Origin: Longimicrobiales bacterium
GTDB taxonomy: Bacteria; Gemmatimonadota; Gemmatimonadetes; Longimicrobiales; Gaopeijiaceae
Length of the DNA stretch: 64,000 bases
Direction: 5' to 3'
Assembly (NCBI GenBank): GCA_041690395.1
Contig: JAWLHJ010000001.1
Location: 576,001-640,000, forward strand
Shown here: one piece after another, positions 47,863-58,481 of the stretch
How positions within the stretch are numbered: the stretch's first letter is position 1
Layout: every line of letters begins with the position of its first letter
Made by a program: the position numbers and the translations under genes
Notes under the pieces: generated by a model
Seen by the model: the letters and a program-made list of their open reading frames with translations, nothing else
What the model was told of the DNA's origin: nothing
The model's database searches: none

Positions 47863-49293
47863 ATGAGAGCATCGACCGCGCTCGTCGCCGCGGCGCTGGC
47901 CCTTCCGGGGGTTGCGATTCCGGTCGCCGCGCAATCGTACGACGCGCTCTCCGAGAGCGTCAGGGAGTTCGTCTCGGTCTCGGCGTCCCACGTCCTCATC
48001 CGCGACGTGCGGCTCATCGACGGCACGGGCGCGCCGGCCCGCTCGGGCATGTCCGTCGAAGTGCGCGACGGGCGCATCGCGAGGGTCGCGCCGACCCGCG
48101 AGCTCGGTAGCGTACCCGGGGCGGAGGTGATCGACGGCGCGGGTCACACGCTCATGCCCGGGCTGGTGATGCTCCACGAGCACATGTTCTATCCGTCGGG
48201 CCAGACGCGCTACAACACGAACCAGGTGTCCTTTCCGCCCCTGTACCTGGCGGGTGGGGCCACGACCATCCGCACCGGGGGAAGCCTCGATCCGTACACC
48301 GACCTCTCGATCCGTCGCGAGATCGAGGCGGGCCGTATACCGGGCCCGACGATGGATGTGACCGGACCCTACCTGGAAGGGCCGGGTGGCTTCATCTGGG
48401 CGTTCCCGGCCCTCTCGACGCCCGAGCAGGCCCGGGACCACGTGAACTTCTGGGCCGACCTCGGCGTCACGTCGTTCAAGGCGTACAACCTGATCGACCG
48501 GGCCACCCTCGGGGCCGCGATCGAGGCCGCGCACGCGCGTGACATCAAGGTGACCGGCCATCTGTGCTCGATCACCTACCGCGAGGCGGCGGACCTCGGC
48601 ATCGACAACCTGGAGCACGGCTTCTTCGCCGCGACCGACTGGGTGGCGGACAAGCAGCCGGACGAGTGTCCGCGCGGCGCGAGCCAGAGCTACCTGGACC
48701 TCGACATCGAAGGCCCGGCCTTCACCGACCTCGTCGACCATCTCGTGGAGCGGGGTGTGGCCGTGACGTCCACGCTCACCGTCGTCGAGCGACGCGCGCC
48801 GCACCGCGCGCCACCTCCGGAAGGGGCGCTCGAGGCGATGCTGCCACAGCTTCGCGAACAGGTCGAGGCGCGCCTCGCGCGGGCGAGCGAGCCCGGCAAC
48901 CAGGCGGGGCAGCTGCTCGAGAAGTATATGGCGATGGAGAAGGCGTTCTACGACGCCGGCGGACTGCTCGTCGTCGGCACGGACCCGACGGGCGGCGGCG
49001 ATGTCGTGCCCGGTTACGCGAACCAACGGGCCCTGCAGCTCCTCGTCGAGATCGGCCTCACCGTCGAGCAGGCGGTCGAGGTCGCCACCCGCAACGGCGC
49101 GCTCTACCTGGAGCGGGAGGACGAGATCGGGACCATCGAGGAGGGCAAAGTCGCCGACCTCGTGCTCCTCACCGGTGATCCGGCCGCGGACGTCGCCGCC
49201 TTCCGGAACACCCGGCTCGTCTTCAAGGACGGCGTCGGATACGACTCCGCCAAGCTGTTCGCGTCCGTTCGAGGGTGGGTGGGGGTGCGCTGA
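47863..49293 (+). CDS. Secreted metal-dependent amidohydrolase
   Basis: Signal peptide, PGLVMLHEH, KVTGH, NLEHG, VGTD and GTIEEGKVADLV. Confidence 0.9.
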   Translation: MRASTALVAAALALPGVAIPVAAQSYDALSESVREFVSVSASHVLIRDVRLIDGTGAPARSGMSVEVRDGRIARVAPTRELGSVPGAEVIDGAGHTLMPGLVMLHEHMFYPSGQTRYNTNQVSFPPLYLAGGATTIRTGGSLDPYTDLSIRREIEAGRIPGPTMDVTGPYLEGPGGFIWAFPALSTPEQARDHVNFWADLGVTSFKAYNLIDRATLGAAIEAAHARDIKVTGHLCSITYREAADLGIDNLEHGFFAATDWVADKQPDECPRGASQSYLDLDIEGPAFTDLVDHLVERGVAVTSTLTVVERRAPHRAPPPEGALEAMLPQLREQVEARLARASEPGNQAGQLLEKYMAMEKAFYDAGGLLVVGTDPTGGGDVVPGYANQRALQLLVEIGLTVEQAVEVATRNGALYLEREDEIGTIEEGKVADLVLLTGDPAADVAAFRNTRLVFKDGVGYDSAKLFASVRGWVGVR

Positions 49294-50453
49294 TGGCCGA
49301 TGAGACGCTGCTGATCCCCGGCACGCAGGCGACCTCGCTGGCGGACCAGAACGGGAACATCGTCTACAACGCGGTCCGGGTCAGCCTCGGCCTCCAGAAG
49401 GACGAGCTTGGCGGGCGTCCTCCGGACGAATGGCAACGGCTGCTGTCCATCGCGCAGGACCCGGGTAGCTGGCGTCCGAGCCGGACCTCGTTGGAGCCGG
49501 GCACCGAGATCGTGCCGCATGCGGTCGTCGGGACCCCATACGACCGCATGATGTCGTTCGCGGAGCCGTGGCCGTATGACTGGCGGATGGATATGCGCTA
49601 CAACGCCCAGCTTCTGCTCGAGCACATGCGCGCGAACAAGCCGGCGAACGGCCGGTTCAACCTGATCGGCCATTCGCAGGGCGGCCTGGTCATCATCCTC
49701 GCGAGTAAGCTGACGTTCGACCTGAACGAATTCTCACGCCTGGTGGCTCGCGTCGTGCTCGTCGGGTCTCCCCTGGCGGGTACGATGCGCGCCGCGGAGG
49801 CGCTCATCTGGGGGAGCGAGGGTCTGGGTGAGGACAACGTGAAGGCGGCCCGTGGGATGGGGCTGACCTGGCCGGCCCTCTACCAGATGCTCCCCACCTG
49901 GCGGGCGGTGGTGCGCGCGGACGAGGCGCCCGAGTCGGACGACCGGCAACTCCTCCAGCGGGGTGGGTGGCCGGGTCCGTTCGGTGAAGGCGTCCAGGAC
50001 GATCTCCTGCTCCGGGCTCGCGAGACCGCGGATCTCCTGGCGGGTCCCTTCTCGCGGCTCGGGTCCGGGACGATGGCCATGGCGATCATGGGCAAGCGGC
50101 AGATGACGCCCTTCGAGGTGGTTCGGGATGGCGACCGTCTGCCCGAAGCGCACTCGTACGCTCGCAATCAGCAGGGGGACGACCTGGTGCCTTATCTGGG
50201 AACGCTCGGCTGGGGCGGCGCGGGCTTCGGCGATCGCGTGGTGGCGCTGACCGGACGCTCGGAGAAGCACGCCTTCCTCTGCAACGATCCCGACGCGCTC
50301 GACCTCACCCGGCGATTCCTGCGTGCCGACGCGCCCCCACCGCCGACCGCCCCGCCGGTGCGTGCGCCGGAGTCGTCTTTCCACGGCGTGACCCCGGTGG
50401 CGCTGGACGTGCCGCCACCCGGTGGGCCGGGTGCGCCGGGAGTGCCGACGTGA
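49293..50453 (+). CDS. Lipase/acyltransferase (LCAT/PGAP1-like alpha/beta hydrolase)
   Basis: LIPG, PYDWR, GHSQGG nucleophile elbow, GSPLAG, GDDLVP and a late His. TGATG coupling to the previous gene. Confidence 0.85.
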   Translation: MADETLLIPGTQATSLADQNGNIVYNAVRVSLGLQKDELGGRPPDEWQRLLSIAQDPGSWRPSRTSLEPGTEIVPHAVVGTPYDRMMSFAEPWPYDWRMDMRYNAQLLLEHMRANKPANGRFNLIGHSQGGLVIILASKLTFDLNEFSRLVARVVLVGSPLAGTMRAAEALIWGSEGLGEDNVKAARGMGLTWPALYQMLPTWRAVVRADEAPESDDRQLLQRGGWPGPFGEGVQDDLLLRARETADLLAGPFSRLGSGTMAMAIMGKRQMTPFEVVRDGDRLPEAHSYARNQQGDDLVPYLGTLGWGGAGFGDRVVALTGRSEKHAFLCNDPDALDLTRRFLRADAPPPPTAPPVRAPESSFHGVTPVALDVPPPGGPGAPGVPT

Positions 50454-51046
50454 CGGCCCGTGGGGCTCGACGGCCCGGAGCGGCGCGGCCACCCGGCGTG
50501 GCACCGCCACGCCGCGCGGTCCGGGCCGCGGCGATCGTGGTGGCCGCCGCCCTCGCGTTCGCGGCGGCACCGACGGACTCCGCCGCGCAGTCCTGGAGGG
50601 CTCATGGAGCCTGGGTGTCGGGGCACGTGGCCGGCGGTGCCTTCGGGCCCGAGTTCCGGCGTCCGCTCGGCGAGGAGCCGCCGCTGCCCCTGCCGGGCAC
50701 GCCCGGGAGCGGGCCGGTCGAGGTCGCGTCACGGGTCTGGCACCTGACGGGCATGCTGGGCGTCGGGGTGAACGGCGCGCCCCCGGCGGAGTCCGGGAGG
50801 GGCGTGGAGCCGCTGCTTTACGCTCATGCCGGGCTCCTGTACCGGACCGGCAGGTCGATACCCGGCTACGTGGGCGTCGTCGCGGCCGCGTACGTGCCTG
50901 CCGGAGCCGTGGGACCGGCGGCTTACGTCGAGGCGGCCGACGTGGCGGCGCTGCAGCTCGGGGCCATGCACGGACACGGAGCGTGGCACGGGCACGCCGC
51001 GCTGAGCCTCAGCATGCGCTTCCTCCGCGACGTTCTGGGCGGCTGA
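50450..51046 (+). CDS. Secreted/outer-membrane hypothetical protein
   Basis: GTGA overlap, signal peptide ending SAA|Q and Gly/aromatic beta-strand pattern. Confidence 0.6.
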   Translation: MTARGARRPGAARPPGVAPPRRAVRAAAIVVAAALAFAAAPTDSAAQSWRAHGAWVSGHVAGGAFGPEFRRPLGEEPPLPLPGTPGSGPVEVASRVWHLTGMLGVGVNGAPPAESGRGVEPLLYAHAGLLYRTGRSIPGYVGVVAAAYVPAGAVGPAAYVEAADVAALQLGAMHGHGAWHGHAALSLSMRFLRDVLGG

Positions 51047-51064
51047 GGCGAGCGCCTCCAGCCG

Positions 51065-52846
51065 CTACCGCACGCCCCAGAAGAGCCACATCCCGGCCAT
51101 CATCGCCAGGAGGGTGACGACCGTCATGCCCGCGCCAACCCGAGCGAAGTCGCGCCTCCGGTAGCCTCCGGTTCCCATCATCATCGCGTTGACCGGATGC
51201 GCGATCGGCGTGAGGAATGCCGTGGACGCGCCGATGGCGACCGCCACGGCCATGGGCTGGGGGGCGATGCCTGCCGTGGCCGCGACGGCGAGTGCGACGG
51301 GCCCTACCAGGAGGGCGCTCACCTGCCCACCGATGATCTGCGTGGCGGCCGTGCTTACCCCGAACATGACCGCGATCGCGAGCATGGGTCGGTCCCCACT
51401 GACCGCCGCGCCGAGACCGTCGGCGATGCGGTCCGCGAGTCCGGTGTCGATCATGGCGAAGCCGAGCGGGAGGAGACCCGCGACCAGGAAGATCACGTGC
51501 CACTCGACCGACCGGTACGCCTGCTCCATGGTCACGCAGCGCGTGAGGACCATGGCCATCGCGCCGGCGAGGACCGTCTCGCCGATCGGGAGGAGCCCCG
51601 AGAAGGCGACCGCGACCACCAGGCCGAAGATCGCCAGCGCGACCGGCGCTCGCTCGGGCCGCTCGGGCGCGGACAGCTTGCTGCCGACCAGCAGGAAGTC
51701 CCCGCTCCGCGTCAGGGCGTCCAGTCGCTTGGGGAGGTTCACGACCAGGAGCCCGTCGCCGATCTCGAGCGGCGTCTTACCGACATCGGTCCGGATGATC
51801 TCGCCTTCACGCCAAAGCGCGAGCACGGTCACGCCGTACTTCGTGCGGAGCTCCAGATCGGTGAGGGTCCTTCCGGTGCCGCGCGAGCGCGGAGGCACGA
51901 CCAGCTCGGTCAGCTCGAGCTCCTCCTGGAGGTCGCCGGGGGACGCCCCGGTGCGCAGCTCCACGCCCCATGGCACCAGCTCGCGGACGCGGTCCTTGTG
52001 GCCGAGCACGACGACGCGGTCGCCGGCCACGATCGCGATGCCCGGCCCCGGCACCAGGAAGGTCCGGTGGCGACGGCGGATGGCGAGCACCGACAGGCCG
52101 AAGCGCTCCCTGAAGCCGATCTCCTCGATCGTCTTCCCCTCGAGCTTGGAGCCGGCCCGTACCTCGAACTCCCAGAAGCGCTCGCCGAGCTTGTACAGAC
52201 CGAAGAAGTCGCCGTAAGGGTCCTCGGCGTCCTTGGCTCGCTCGGGAAGGAGACGGCGGCCGACGAAGAGCATGAACGCGATGCCCACGACGGCCACCAG
52301 CCCCCCGGTCAGCGCGAAGTCCATCATGCCGAGCGGCTCCGAGCCTTGCTGTATCAGCAGGTCGCTCATGATGATGTTGGCGCTCGTGAAGATCGTCGCC
52401 ATGCCGCCGAGGAGGGTGGCGTACGACACCGGCATCAGCAGACTCGATACGGGCACGCCCGAAGAGCGCGCGACGCGGATCGACGCCGGTAGGAAGAGCG
52501 CGCCCACGGCGACGTTGTTCATGCCGAGAGAGAGCGCCGCCGCAGTCGCCATGAGGGTGAAGAGCAGCCGGCCCTCGCTCCCACCGCCGACGGTCGACAG
52601 CCGCATCGCCGCCCAGCGGATCACGCCGGTGTCCTCGAGACCCTCGGCCAGGATGAAGAGGCCCAGGAGCGTCATGACCACGGTGCTGCTGAGCCCCTGG
52701 AAGACGCCTCCGTCCGGAATGACGCCGAGGAGCCCGAGGGAGAGGGCCGCCAGGATGGCGACCAGATCGGACCGCAGGCGCGTGCCGAACATGAGCCCGA
52801 TGGTTCCGACGAAAACTCCGACGAGCATCCACTCGGGCGTGGTCAT
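51065..52846 (-). CDS. SLC13/DASS family permease with two TrkA-C domains
   Basis: MNNVA, S.LLMPVSYA.LGG, central RCK-C repeats and FLTPIAHPVN..GGY..DF.RVG. Confidence 0.92.
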   Translation of the reverse strand: MTTPEWMLVGVFVGTIGLMFGTRLRSDLVAILAALSLGLLGVIPDGGVFQGLSSTVVMTLLGLFILAEGLEDTGVIRWAAMRLSTVGGGSEGRLLFTLMATAAALSLGMNNVAVGALFLPASIRVARSSGVPVSSLLMPVSYATLLGGMATIFTSANIIMSDLLIQQGSEPLGMMDFALTGGLVAVVGIAFMLFVGRRLLPERAKDAEDPYGDFFGLYKLGERFWEFEVRAGSKLEGKTIEEIGFRERFGLSVLAIRRRHRTFLVPGPGIAIVAGDRVVVLGHKDRVRELVPWGVELRTGASPGDLQEELELTELVVPPRSRGTGRTLTDLELRTKYGVTVLALWREGEIIRTDVGKTPLEIGDGLLVVNLPKRLDALTRSGDFLLVGSKLSAPERPERAPVALAIFGLVVAVAFSGLLPIGETVLAGAMAMVLTRCVTMEQAYRSVEWHVIFLVAGLLPLGFAMIDTGLADRIADGLGAAVSGDRPMLAIAVMFGVSTAATQIIGGQVSALLVGPVALAVAATAGIAPQPMAVAVAIGASTAFLTPIAHPVNAMMMGTGGYRRRDFARVGAGMTVVTLLAMMAGMWLFWGVR

Positions 52847-52982
52847 TCGGGTCTGCCGGGGTCGGGGGCGGCCATGGATTCGGACTGTCGAAGCTGGATG
52901 AGACCTCCTAGTGTGCCCCGGGCCGGCTGCCAAGTCCAGCCGCGCCCTTCCCACATTCTCGAGATGCTTGGAGCCCGAACCG

Positions 52983-54191
52983 ATGCCGTATCCCGCGCCA
53001 GACCCGAAGACATCCCTCCGCACGAGCCTCCATGGGTTCGCGTGCGCCGCCCTTCTCGGCCTCGCGGCCGGCTGTGCCGGACCGGCCGATGACCCCGCGG
53101 CCGCGGAGCCGGCCGGGCGACTGGTGATCGTCGGAGGCGCCCTCGACCGTGGGAACGCGGGCGTATACCGGGCGGTCCTCGAGGCCAGGCAGGGGGATGG
53201 CCCCTTCTGCGTCCTGCCCACCGCGAGCGGCGTGCCGGAGGAGTCGATGGCGTCGGCGGTGGCCGCATTCACGGAGCACGGCGCGGATTCGGTGGATGGC
53301 GTGTTCATCACCACCGACAACCCCGATGCCGCGAGAGATCCGGCGATCGCCGAGCGCCTGAGCCGGTGCTCCGGCTTCTGGTTCGTCGGCGGGGTCCAGT
53401 CCCGGGTGGTCGACGTGTTCCTCCCCGGTGGCGCGAGGACGCCCGCCTACGACGCCGTCATGGAGCGCTTCCGCGCAGGGGCCGTGGTGTCCGGGTCGAG
53501 CGCCGGCGCGGCCATCATGTCGCCGACCATGATCGCCGGGGGCTCGAGTGCCGGCGCGCTGGCCGAAGGGGTCGTCACCGAGGAGGGAGAGGAGGAGGAC
53601 GCGGAAGGCGTGCTCGTGGAGCCCGGGATGGGCTTCCACGAGGGTGCGGTCTACGATCAGCACTTCCTCGCGCGCGGGCGCATCGGGCGACTCCTGGTGG
53701 CGACCCTGGCCGGCGTCGGGGACGGGGTCGGCTTCGGCATCGACGAGAACACCGCGCTGGTCGTGGACGGGCCCGAGGCGTGGGTCGTCGGGGCGTCTGG
53801 CGTCGTGCTCGTGGACGCACGCGACGCGGAACGGTCGCCGACCGGTCACGGGGGCACCGGCCTGCGCCTCTACCTCGTCGGAGACGGCGACCGGATCGAC
53901 CTGGAAACCCTCGAGGTCGTGCCCGCGGGTGACAAGCCCGTCCTGGTGCCGGTCGACGCCGAAGTCGCCGCCCCGGACGACCCGTTCGCGCGCTGGGCGT
54001 TCCTGCATCTCCTGCACGACCTCGGAACGTCGGAGGCGTCGTCGGTCGACGTGGCCGCGGAGGGCTACGTCCTTTCCGTGCAGGAGGGTCCGGAGTTCCA
54101 GGCGCGGGCCCACGCGGAGCCCGGGGTGGAGAATACGCCTCGCGGGCTGTCCGCCGGGCCGTTCGTGGTCTCGCTGATGCCCGAGGGGTGA
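52983..54191 (+). CDS. Cyanophycinase (peptidase S51), predicted lipoprotein
   Basis: Lipobox AAGC, LVIVGG, PTAS, GGVQ, GSSAGA, DQHF..RGRIGRL and GIDENTA. Confidence 0.85.
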   Translation: MPYPAPDPKTSLRTSLHGFACAALLGLAAGCAGPADDPAAAEPAGRLVIVGGALDRGNAGVYRAVLEARQGDGPFCVLPTASGVPEESMASAVAAFTEHGADSVDGVFITTDNPDAARDPAIAERLSRCSGFWFVGGVQSRVVDVFLPGGARTPAYDAVMERFRAGAVVSGSSAGAAIMSPTMIAGGSSAGALAEGVVTEEGEEEDAEGVLVEPGMGFHEGAVYDQHFLARGRIGRLLVATLAGVGDGVGFGIDENTALVVDGPEAWVVGASGVVLVDARDAERSPTGHGGTGLRLYLVGDGDRIDLETLEVVPAGDKPVLVPVDAEVAAPDDPFARWAFLHLLHDLGTSEASSVDVAAEGYVLSVQEGPEFQARAHAEPGVENTPRGLSAGPFVVSLMPEG

Positions 54192-54257
54192 TCGAGCGCT
54201 CCCGCACGCGTCGTCCGTCCCACGAGCGCCCCGGGACGGACGACGCGCCGGGCGGCG

Positions 54258-55079
54258 CTACCGGCCACCGTTGGCCCGGAGGTCGTCGAGGCAGTTCTGG
54301 TCGAGCGGCGGCGGCCCGCTGTCGAGGAGGTTCGCGAGGAAGTCGGTGGTCCGCACGGCGTAGTACATGAGGCACCGGTCGTCGTCGCAGTGGCGCCCGT
54401 TGTCGGGATCCCTGTGCGGCTCCTGCATGTCCGTTCCGTTGTCCACGAGACCCATGATGTGCCCGAACTCGTGCATGGCCACCGTGGCCTCGACCCTGCG
54501 CTTCGTCGGCTGGCCCAGGCTGCCCGTGTTGTCCTGGATCTTCTCTCCGAAGAGCGCCGTCGACGTGTTGTAATAGGCGATGCCCAGAACGTTCTCCTGC
54601 GTGTACTGACCATCGACGACGAGCAGGTAGGTCGCCAGGGTGTCGCCCGAGGTGAAGATCTCGCGGTGCTCCTCCTCGAGGGCACGAATGTCCGCCGCCG
54701 AGTACGTCGTGCCGGTCGCGGGTCCGATCGGCTGGTCGTCGACCCGGATCTCGATGCCGCCCGGCTTGCTCAGACGAGCCTCGAGGAACGCCGCGAGGTC
54801 GTCGAGGGCACCCGGCTCCGGCGCCATCCCCTCGACGTATTGCACCTCGACCACGAGGTGCTCGAAGTCCTGGTCGGACAGCAGGTCGGCGGCGGAGGCC
54901 CCGGTCGCGCGGTCGTGCGCGTAGGGCGTGTCACCGTTGGGGTCCCCGTTCGACGGATCGGTGGGGCTGTCGCCACAGGCCGTCGGTATCAGCGCGAGCG
55001 CGCCCAGGAGCAGGAGGACCGTATGGGCGGCGGGCAGCCGGCGACGGGTGCCGATGCTGGACGTACGATGGGGCGTCAT
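54258..55079 (-). CDS. Zinc metalloprotease lipoprotein (HEXXH)
   Basis: Lipobox PTAC, VLGIAY, HEFGHIMGLVD and HCDDDRCLMYY. Confidence 0.85.
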   Translation of the reverse strand: MTPHRTSSIGTRRRLPAAHTVLLLLGALALIPTACGDSPTDPSNGDPNGDTPYAHDRATGASAADLLSDQDFEHLVVEVQYVEGMAPEPGALDDLAAFLEARLSKPGGIEIRVDDQPIGPATGTTYSAADIRALEEEHREIFTSGDTLATYLLVVDGQYTQENVLGIAYYNTSTALFGEKIQDNTGSLGQPTKRRVEATVAMHEFGHIMGLVDNGTDMQEPHRDPDNGRHCDDDRCLMYYAVRTTDFLANLLDSGPPPLDQNCLDDLRANGGR

Positions 55080-55216
55080 GAGGTCACTCTCGTGGTCTCG
55101 GGAGGGAGGCACGGTCTGTGGGCCGCCATCCATGCAAGCCGCGTACCGGCCCGCGGGCCACGGGTGCCGCATGCGCGGCGCCCTCACCGTCTTCTTCGGA
55201 AGCCGGCTGGTACTCG

Positions 55217-55747
55217 TCAGCCTCCGACCGGCTCGTACCGGCCGTCGAACCAGACGACCCACTCGCCGGTCTCGGCGTCGAGCTGCTCGAAGAGCTGGCG
55301 CACCGATCCGTCGGGATTGGGCGTCCAGGTCCCACGGAAGGGCACGGCCTGGCGCGAGCGATAGCCGTGGAGCTCGCCCTCGAGGACCATCCGGCCCTCG
55401 TCGTCGAGCCCACCCTCGATCTCGATGGAGTAGCCCCCCGAGACCCAGTACTGCCTCCACGTCCCACGCACGCTGTCGTAGTAGTTCATGGACGTGCCGT
55501 CCACGCCGCCTACCGAGCTCCAGTTCTCCACGAGGAGGCACCCGCCGTGCCGTGACTCGATGCGGTTGGTGCCGGCGCGCTGGCCGTTCGCGGCGTTGTA
55601 CACCTCCCACGTCCCGATCCAGAAGTCGAACTGTCGGAACTCGGGCTCGTTCTCACATACGGGGGGCGGGGGCGCCTGCGCGTGGGCCGACGCGGCCGGC
55701 GGGATCGTCGCCGCGAGCGCGAGCAGAGGAGGCAGGAGCATTCTCAT
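55217..55747 (-). CDS. Secreted beta-barrel hypothetical protein (DUF1579-like)
   Basis: Signal peptide, C..PEFRQFDFWIGTW, GC.L.ENW, G.SMNYYD, WRQYWV and WFDG.Y. Confidence 0.75.
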   Translation of the reverse strand: MRMLLPPLLALAATIPPAASAHAQAPPPPVCENEPEFRQFDFWIGTWEVYNAANGQRAGTNRIESRHGGCLLVENWSSVGGVDGTSMNYYDSVRGTWRQYWVSGGYSIEIEGGLDDEGRMVLEGELHGYRSRQAVPFRGTWTPNPDGSVRQLFEQLDAETGEWVVWFDGRYEPVGG

Positions 55748-55788
55748 CCATAGGAATACGAGGCTTTCGGCGCGGAGGTTCCCCTCGC

Positions 55789-55818
55789 TTGCCCGTTCGC
55801 GGGAAGCGGGCGTACGAT
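55789..55818 (+). promoter_or_regulatory. Putative sigma70 promoter TTGCCC-N18-TACGAT for the S9 peptidase operon
   Basis: Near-consensus hexamers upstream of a GGAGG RBS and the ATG at 55857. Confidence 0.45.
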
Positions 55819-55856
55819 GACGCTCAGTCAGCTGTCCGCCCATGGAGGCAAGCCCC

Positions 55857-58481
55857 ATGCAGTCTCGCATTCGCGCTCGTTCGTGCTTCGGCCGATTCCC
55901 GATCCTCGCCTTCGCCCTGTCGGTGGGACTCGCCGCTCCCCTCGCTGCCCAGGAGCGTCCCGCAGGATGGGATCCGGAGGCGGTCCTCCAGCAGGAGGAC
56001 TTCGCGCAGCCGCCGACCGCGATCGCGGAGGCCGTGCTCGCGCCCCGTTGGCTGAACGTGACGCTCTCCGAGATCAACGCGAGCGGGGACTGGTTCCTCC
56101 ATTCCGTGGGCGACGGGCCGGTGACGATGGATCGCTTCGCGCTCCCGTTCCACGACCTGGGCGGTCAGTTCATCGACCACCGGGCGAACCGCGACCGGGC
56201 GCTCACCATCCGGAGCGACGTGGGCATCCAGCTCGTCTCGGCCACGGACGGGACGGTGCGGGACGTTGAGGTGCCCTCGGGCGCGAGGGTGACGAACGCG
56301 GCCTGGTCGCCCGACGGCACGCGACTGGCGTTCTTCGCCCACACACCCGAGGAGACGCATCTCTACGTGGCGGGATTGGACGGAGAGGCGCGGCGGGTAA
56401 CCCCGCGTCCGGTTCTGGCCACGGGCTTCACGTCGTTCGACTGGTCGGCCGACGGAAGCACGCTCGCGACCGTGATCGTCCCCCGGAACCGCGCGCCCAT
56501 GCCGGTCGAGCCGGCCCGGCCCCGCGGCCCGCAGGTCAAGTTGACCGAGGAAGGCGAGAACATGCTGCGCGTCTTCAAGAGCCTGCTCGCGACGCCCTAC
56601 GAGAAGGATCTGGTGGAGTGGCACAACACGGGACAGGTCGCGTTGATCGACGTCGCGGGCGGCGACGCGACCGAGGTCGGGGACCCGGTCATGGTGCGAA
56701 GCCTCGACGTGAGTGCCGACGGACGCCACGTCCTCGTCGAGGGCATGGTGCGTCCGTTCAGCTACGTGGTACCGGTCCGCATGTTCGGGTCGATCCAGGA
56801 GATCTGGGACCGTGAGGGATCCGTTCTGGCGGAGGTCCGTGCCGACCCGCTCGACACCGGGCTGGAGGGTGGTCCCCGCGCGGGTGGTCCCGGCTTCTCC
56901 GCCTACGGCGAGGGTGACGGACCGAGGAACATCGCCTGGCGGACGGACGGCTCGGGGCTCGTCTACCTCGAGCGGGCGCCACGCCCCGACGAGGAGGAGG
57001 ACGAGGAGGAGACGTCGAACGGTGACCGGCCCGACCGGTTGATCCTCTGGCGGGCGCCGTTCGGCGAAGCCGACCGCGAGGTTCTGCTCGAGAACGAGCT
57101 CGAGATGGAGTGGGTCCGCTTCGGTGACGGGGAGGATGTCGTCTTCATCCGGGAAGAGGACGACGGGGAGGCCCACCACTTCGCCGTGTTCCTCGGTGAC
57201 ACGGGCACCAGGCACACGCTGGCCCGCTTCGACGCCGGGGACGTGTACGAGGACCCCGGCGTGCCGGTAGCCGCGGACGGCACCTTCGCCACGCGCGGGG
57301 GGCGGGGATGGAGTGTCGACGGGGACGTCGCGCTCTCGGCCGACGCCGCGCACGTCTTCTACCAGGGGGTCGACTACGACGAGAGTCCGCTCGACGTCGG
57401 CCCGCGCAGCTACGTGGACCGTGTCCGGATCCGCACCGGCGAGCGCACCCGGATCTACGAGTCCGACGAGGAAGACGTCTTCGAGCAGCCACGGGCGTAC
57501 CGCGATCTCGAGGGCCTCGAGTGGGTCGTCAGCCGGGAGTCCGCGACCGAGGTGCCCCAGAGTTACCTCCGTCGCTGGGACGCCCTCACGCAGCTCACGG
57601 AGAACGTCGACTACACGCCGGACCTCACGCTCGCTCCGCGCGAGACCTTCACGGTCACCCGCCCCGACGGATTCCAGTTCCGGGTCAACGTCACGCTGCC
57701 CACGAGCTACCGGGAGGGTGACCGGCTCCCGGCCATGTTCTGGTTCTACCCGCGGGAGTACACGGAGCAGGAGGAGTACGACGAGACGCTCCTCACGCAC
57801 AACAAGAACGCCTTCCCCAACTTCGGGACGCGCTCCATCGAGTACCTGATCCGCATGGGGTACGCGGTGGTGGAGCCCGACGCGCCCATCGTGGGCAAGG
57901 AAGGCCGCATGAACGACAACTACCAGCACGACCTCAGGAACAACCTGGCCGCGGTGATCGACGAGCTCGATCTCCGGGGGATCATCGACCGGCGTCGGCT
58001 GGGCCTCGGGGGACACTCGTACGGGGCGTTCGGGACCGTGAACGCGATGGTGCACACTCCGTTCTTCAGGGCGGGGATCGCGGGGGACGGGAACTACAAC
58101 CGCACGCTCACCCCGCTCCACTTCCAGAGCGAGCGACGGACGCTGTGGGAGGCGAGGGACACCTATCTCCAGATGTCGCCCTTCATGTGGGCCGACCGGC
58201 TGACCGGCTCGCTGCTGCTCTACCACGGGTTGCACGATCAGAACGTCGGCACCGACCCGATCCACTCCCCCAAGCTCTTCCACGCGCTCAACGGTCTGGG
58301 GAAGGACGTGTCCATGTACCTCTACGAGAACGAGGACCACGGCCCGGCGGCGCGTGAGACGCTCCTCGATCTCTGGGCCCGGTGGACGGCGTGGCTCGAC
58401 ACGCGCCTGCTCGAGCAGACGCGCCGGAACATGACGTCCGACCGGGACGACGCGGACCCGGCGCTGGAGTGGCGGGAATGA
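55857..58481 (+). CDS. Secreted S9 family peptidase (glutamyl-peptidase-like)
   Basis: Signal peptide, propeller region, WFYPREY, GGHSYGAF, GNYNRTLTP..FQSE, HG..DQN.GT and EDHG. Confidence 0.9.
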   Translation: MQSRIRARSCFGRFPILAFALSVGLAAPLAAQERPAGWDPEAVLQQEDFAQPPTAIAEAVLAPRWLNVTLSEINASGDWFLHSVGDGPVTMDRFALPFHDLGGQFIDHRANRDRALTIRSDVGIQLVSATDGTVRDVEVPSGARVTNAAWSPDGTRLAFFAHTPEETHLYVAGLDGEARRVTPRPVLATGFTSFDWSADGSTLATVIVPRNRAPMPVEPARPRGPQVKLTEEGENMLRVFKSLLATPYEKDLVEWHNTGQVALIDVAGGDATEVGDPVMVRSLDVSADGRHVLVEGMVRPFSYVVPVRMFGSIQEIWDREGSVLAEVRADPLDTGLEGGPRAGGPGFSAYGEGDGPRNIAWRTDGSGLVYLERAPRPDEEEDEEETSNGDRPDRLILWRAPFGEADREVLLENELEMEWVRFGDGEDVVFIREEDDGEAHHFAVFLGDTGTRHTLARFDAGDVYEDPGVPVAADGTFATRGGRGWSVDGDVALSADAAHVFYQGVDYDESPLDVGPRSYVDRVRIRTGERTRIYESDEEDVFEQPRAYRDLEGLEWVVSRESATEVPQSYLRRWDALTQLTENVDYTPDLTLAPRETFTVTRPDGFQFRVNVTLPTSYREGDRLPAMFWFYPREYTEQEEYDETLLTHNKNAFPNFGTRSIEYLIRMGYAVVEPDAPIVGKEGRMNDNYQHDLRNNLAAVIDELDLRGIIDRRRLGLGGHSYGAFGTVNAMVHTPFFRAGIAGDGNYNRTLTPLHFQSERRTLWEARDTYLQMSPFMWADRLTGSLLLYHGLHDQNVGTDPIHSPKLFHALNGLGKDVSMYLYENEDHGPAARETLLDLWARWTAWLDTRLLEQTRRNMTSDRDDADPALEWRE

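Noticed and set aside
55824..58340. Long antisense ORFs (also 16821-18944, 37645-39978, 7564-9090, 60979-62565 and others)
   Set aside because: These are shadow ORFs expected in high-GC DNA opposite well-supported genes. They are Arg/Pro/Gly-rich or mirror-codon sequences with no motifs.
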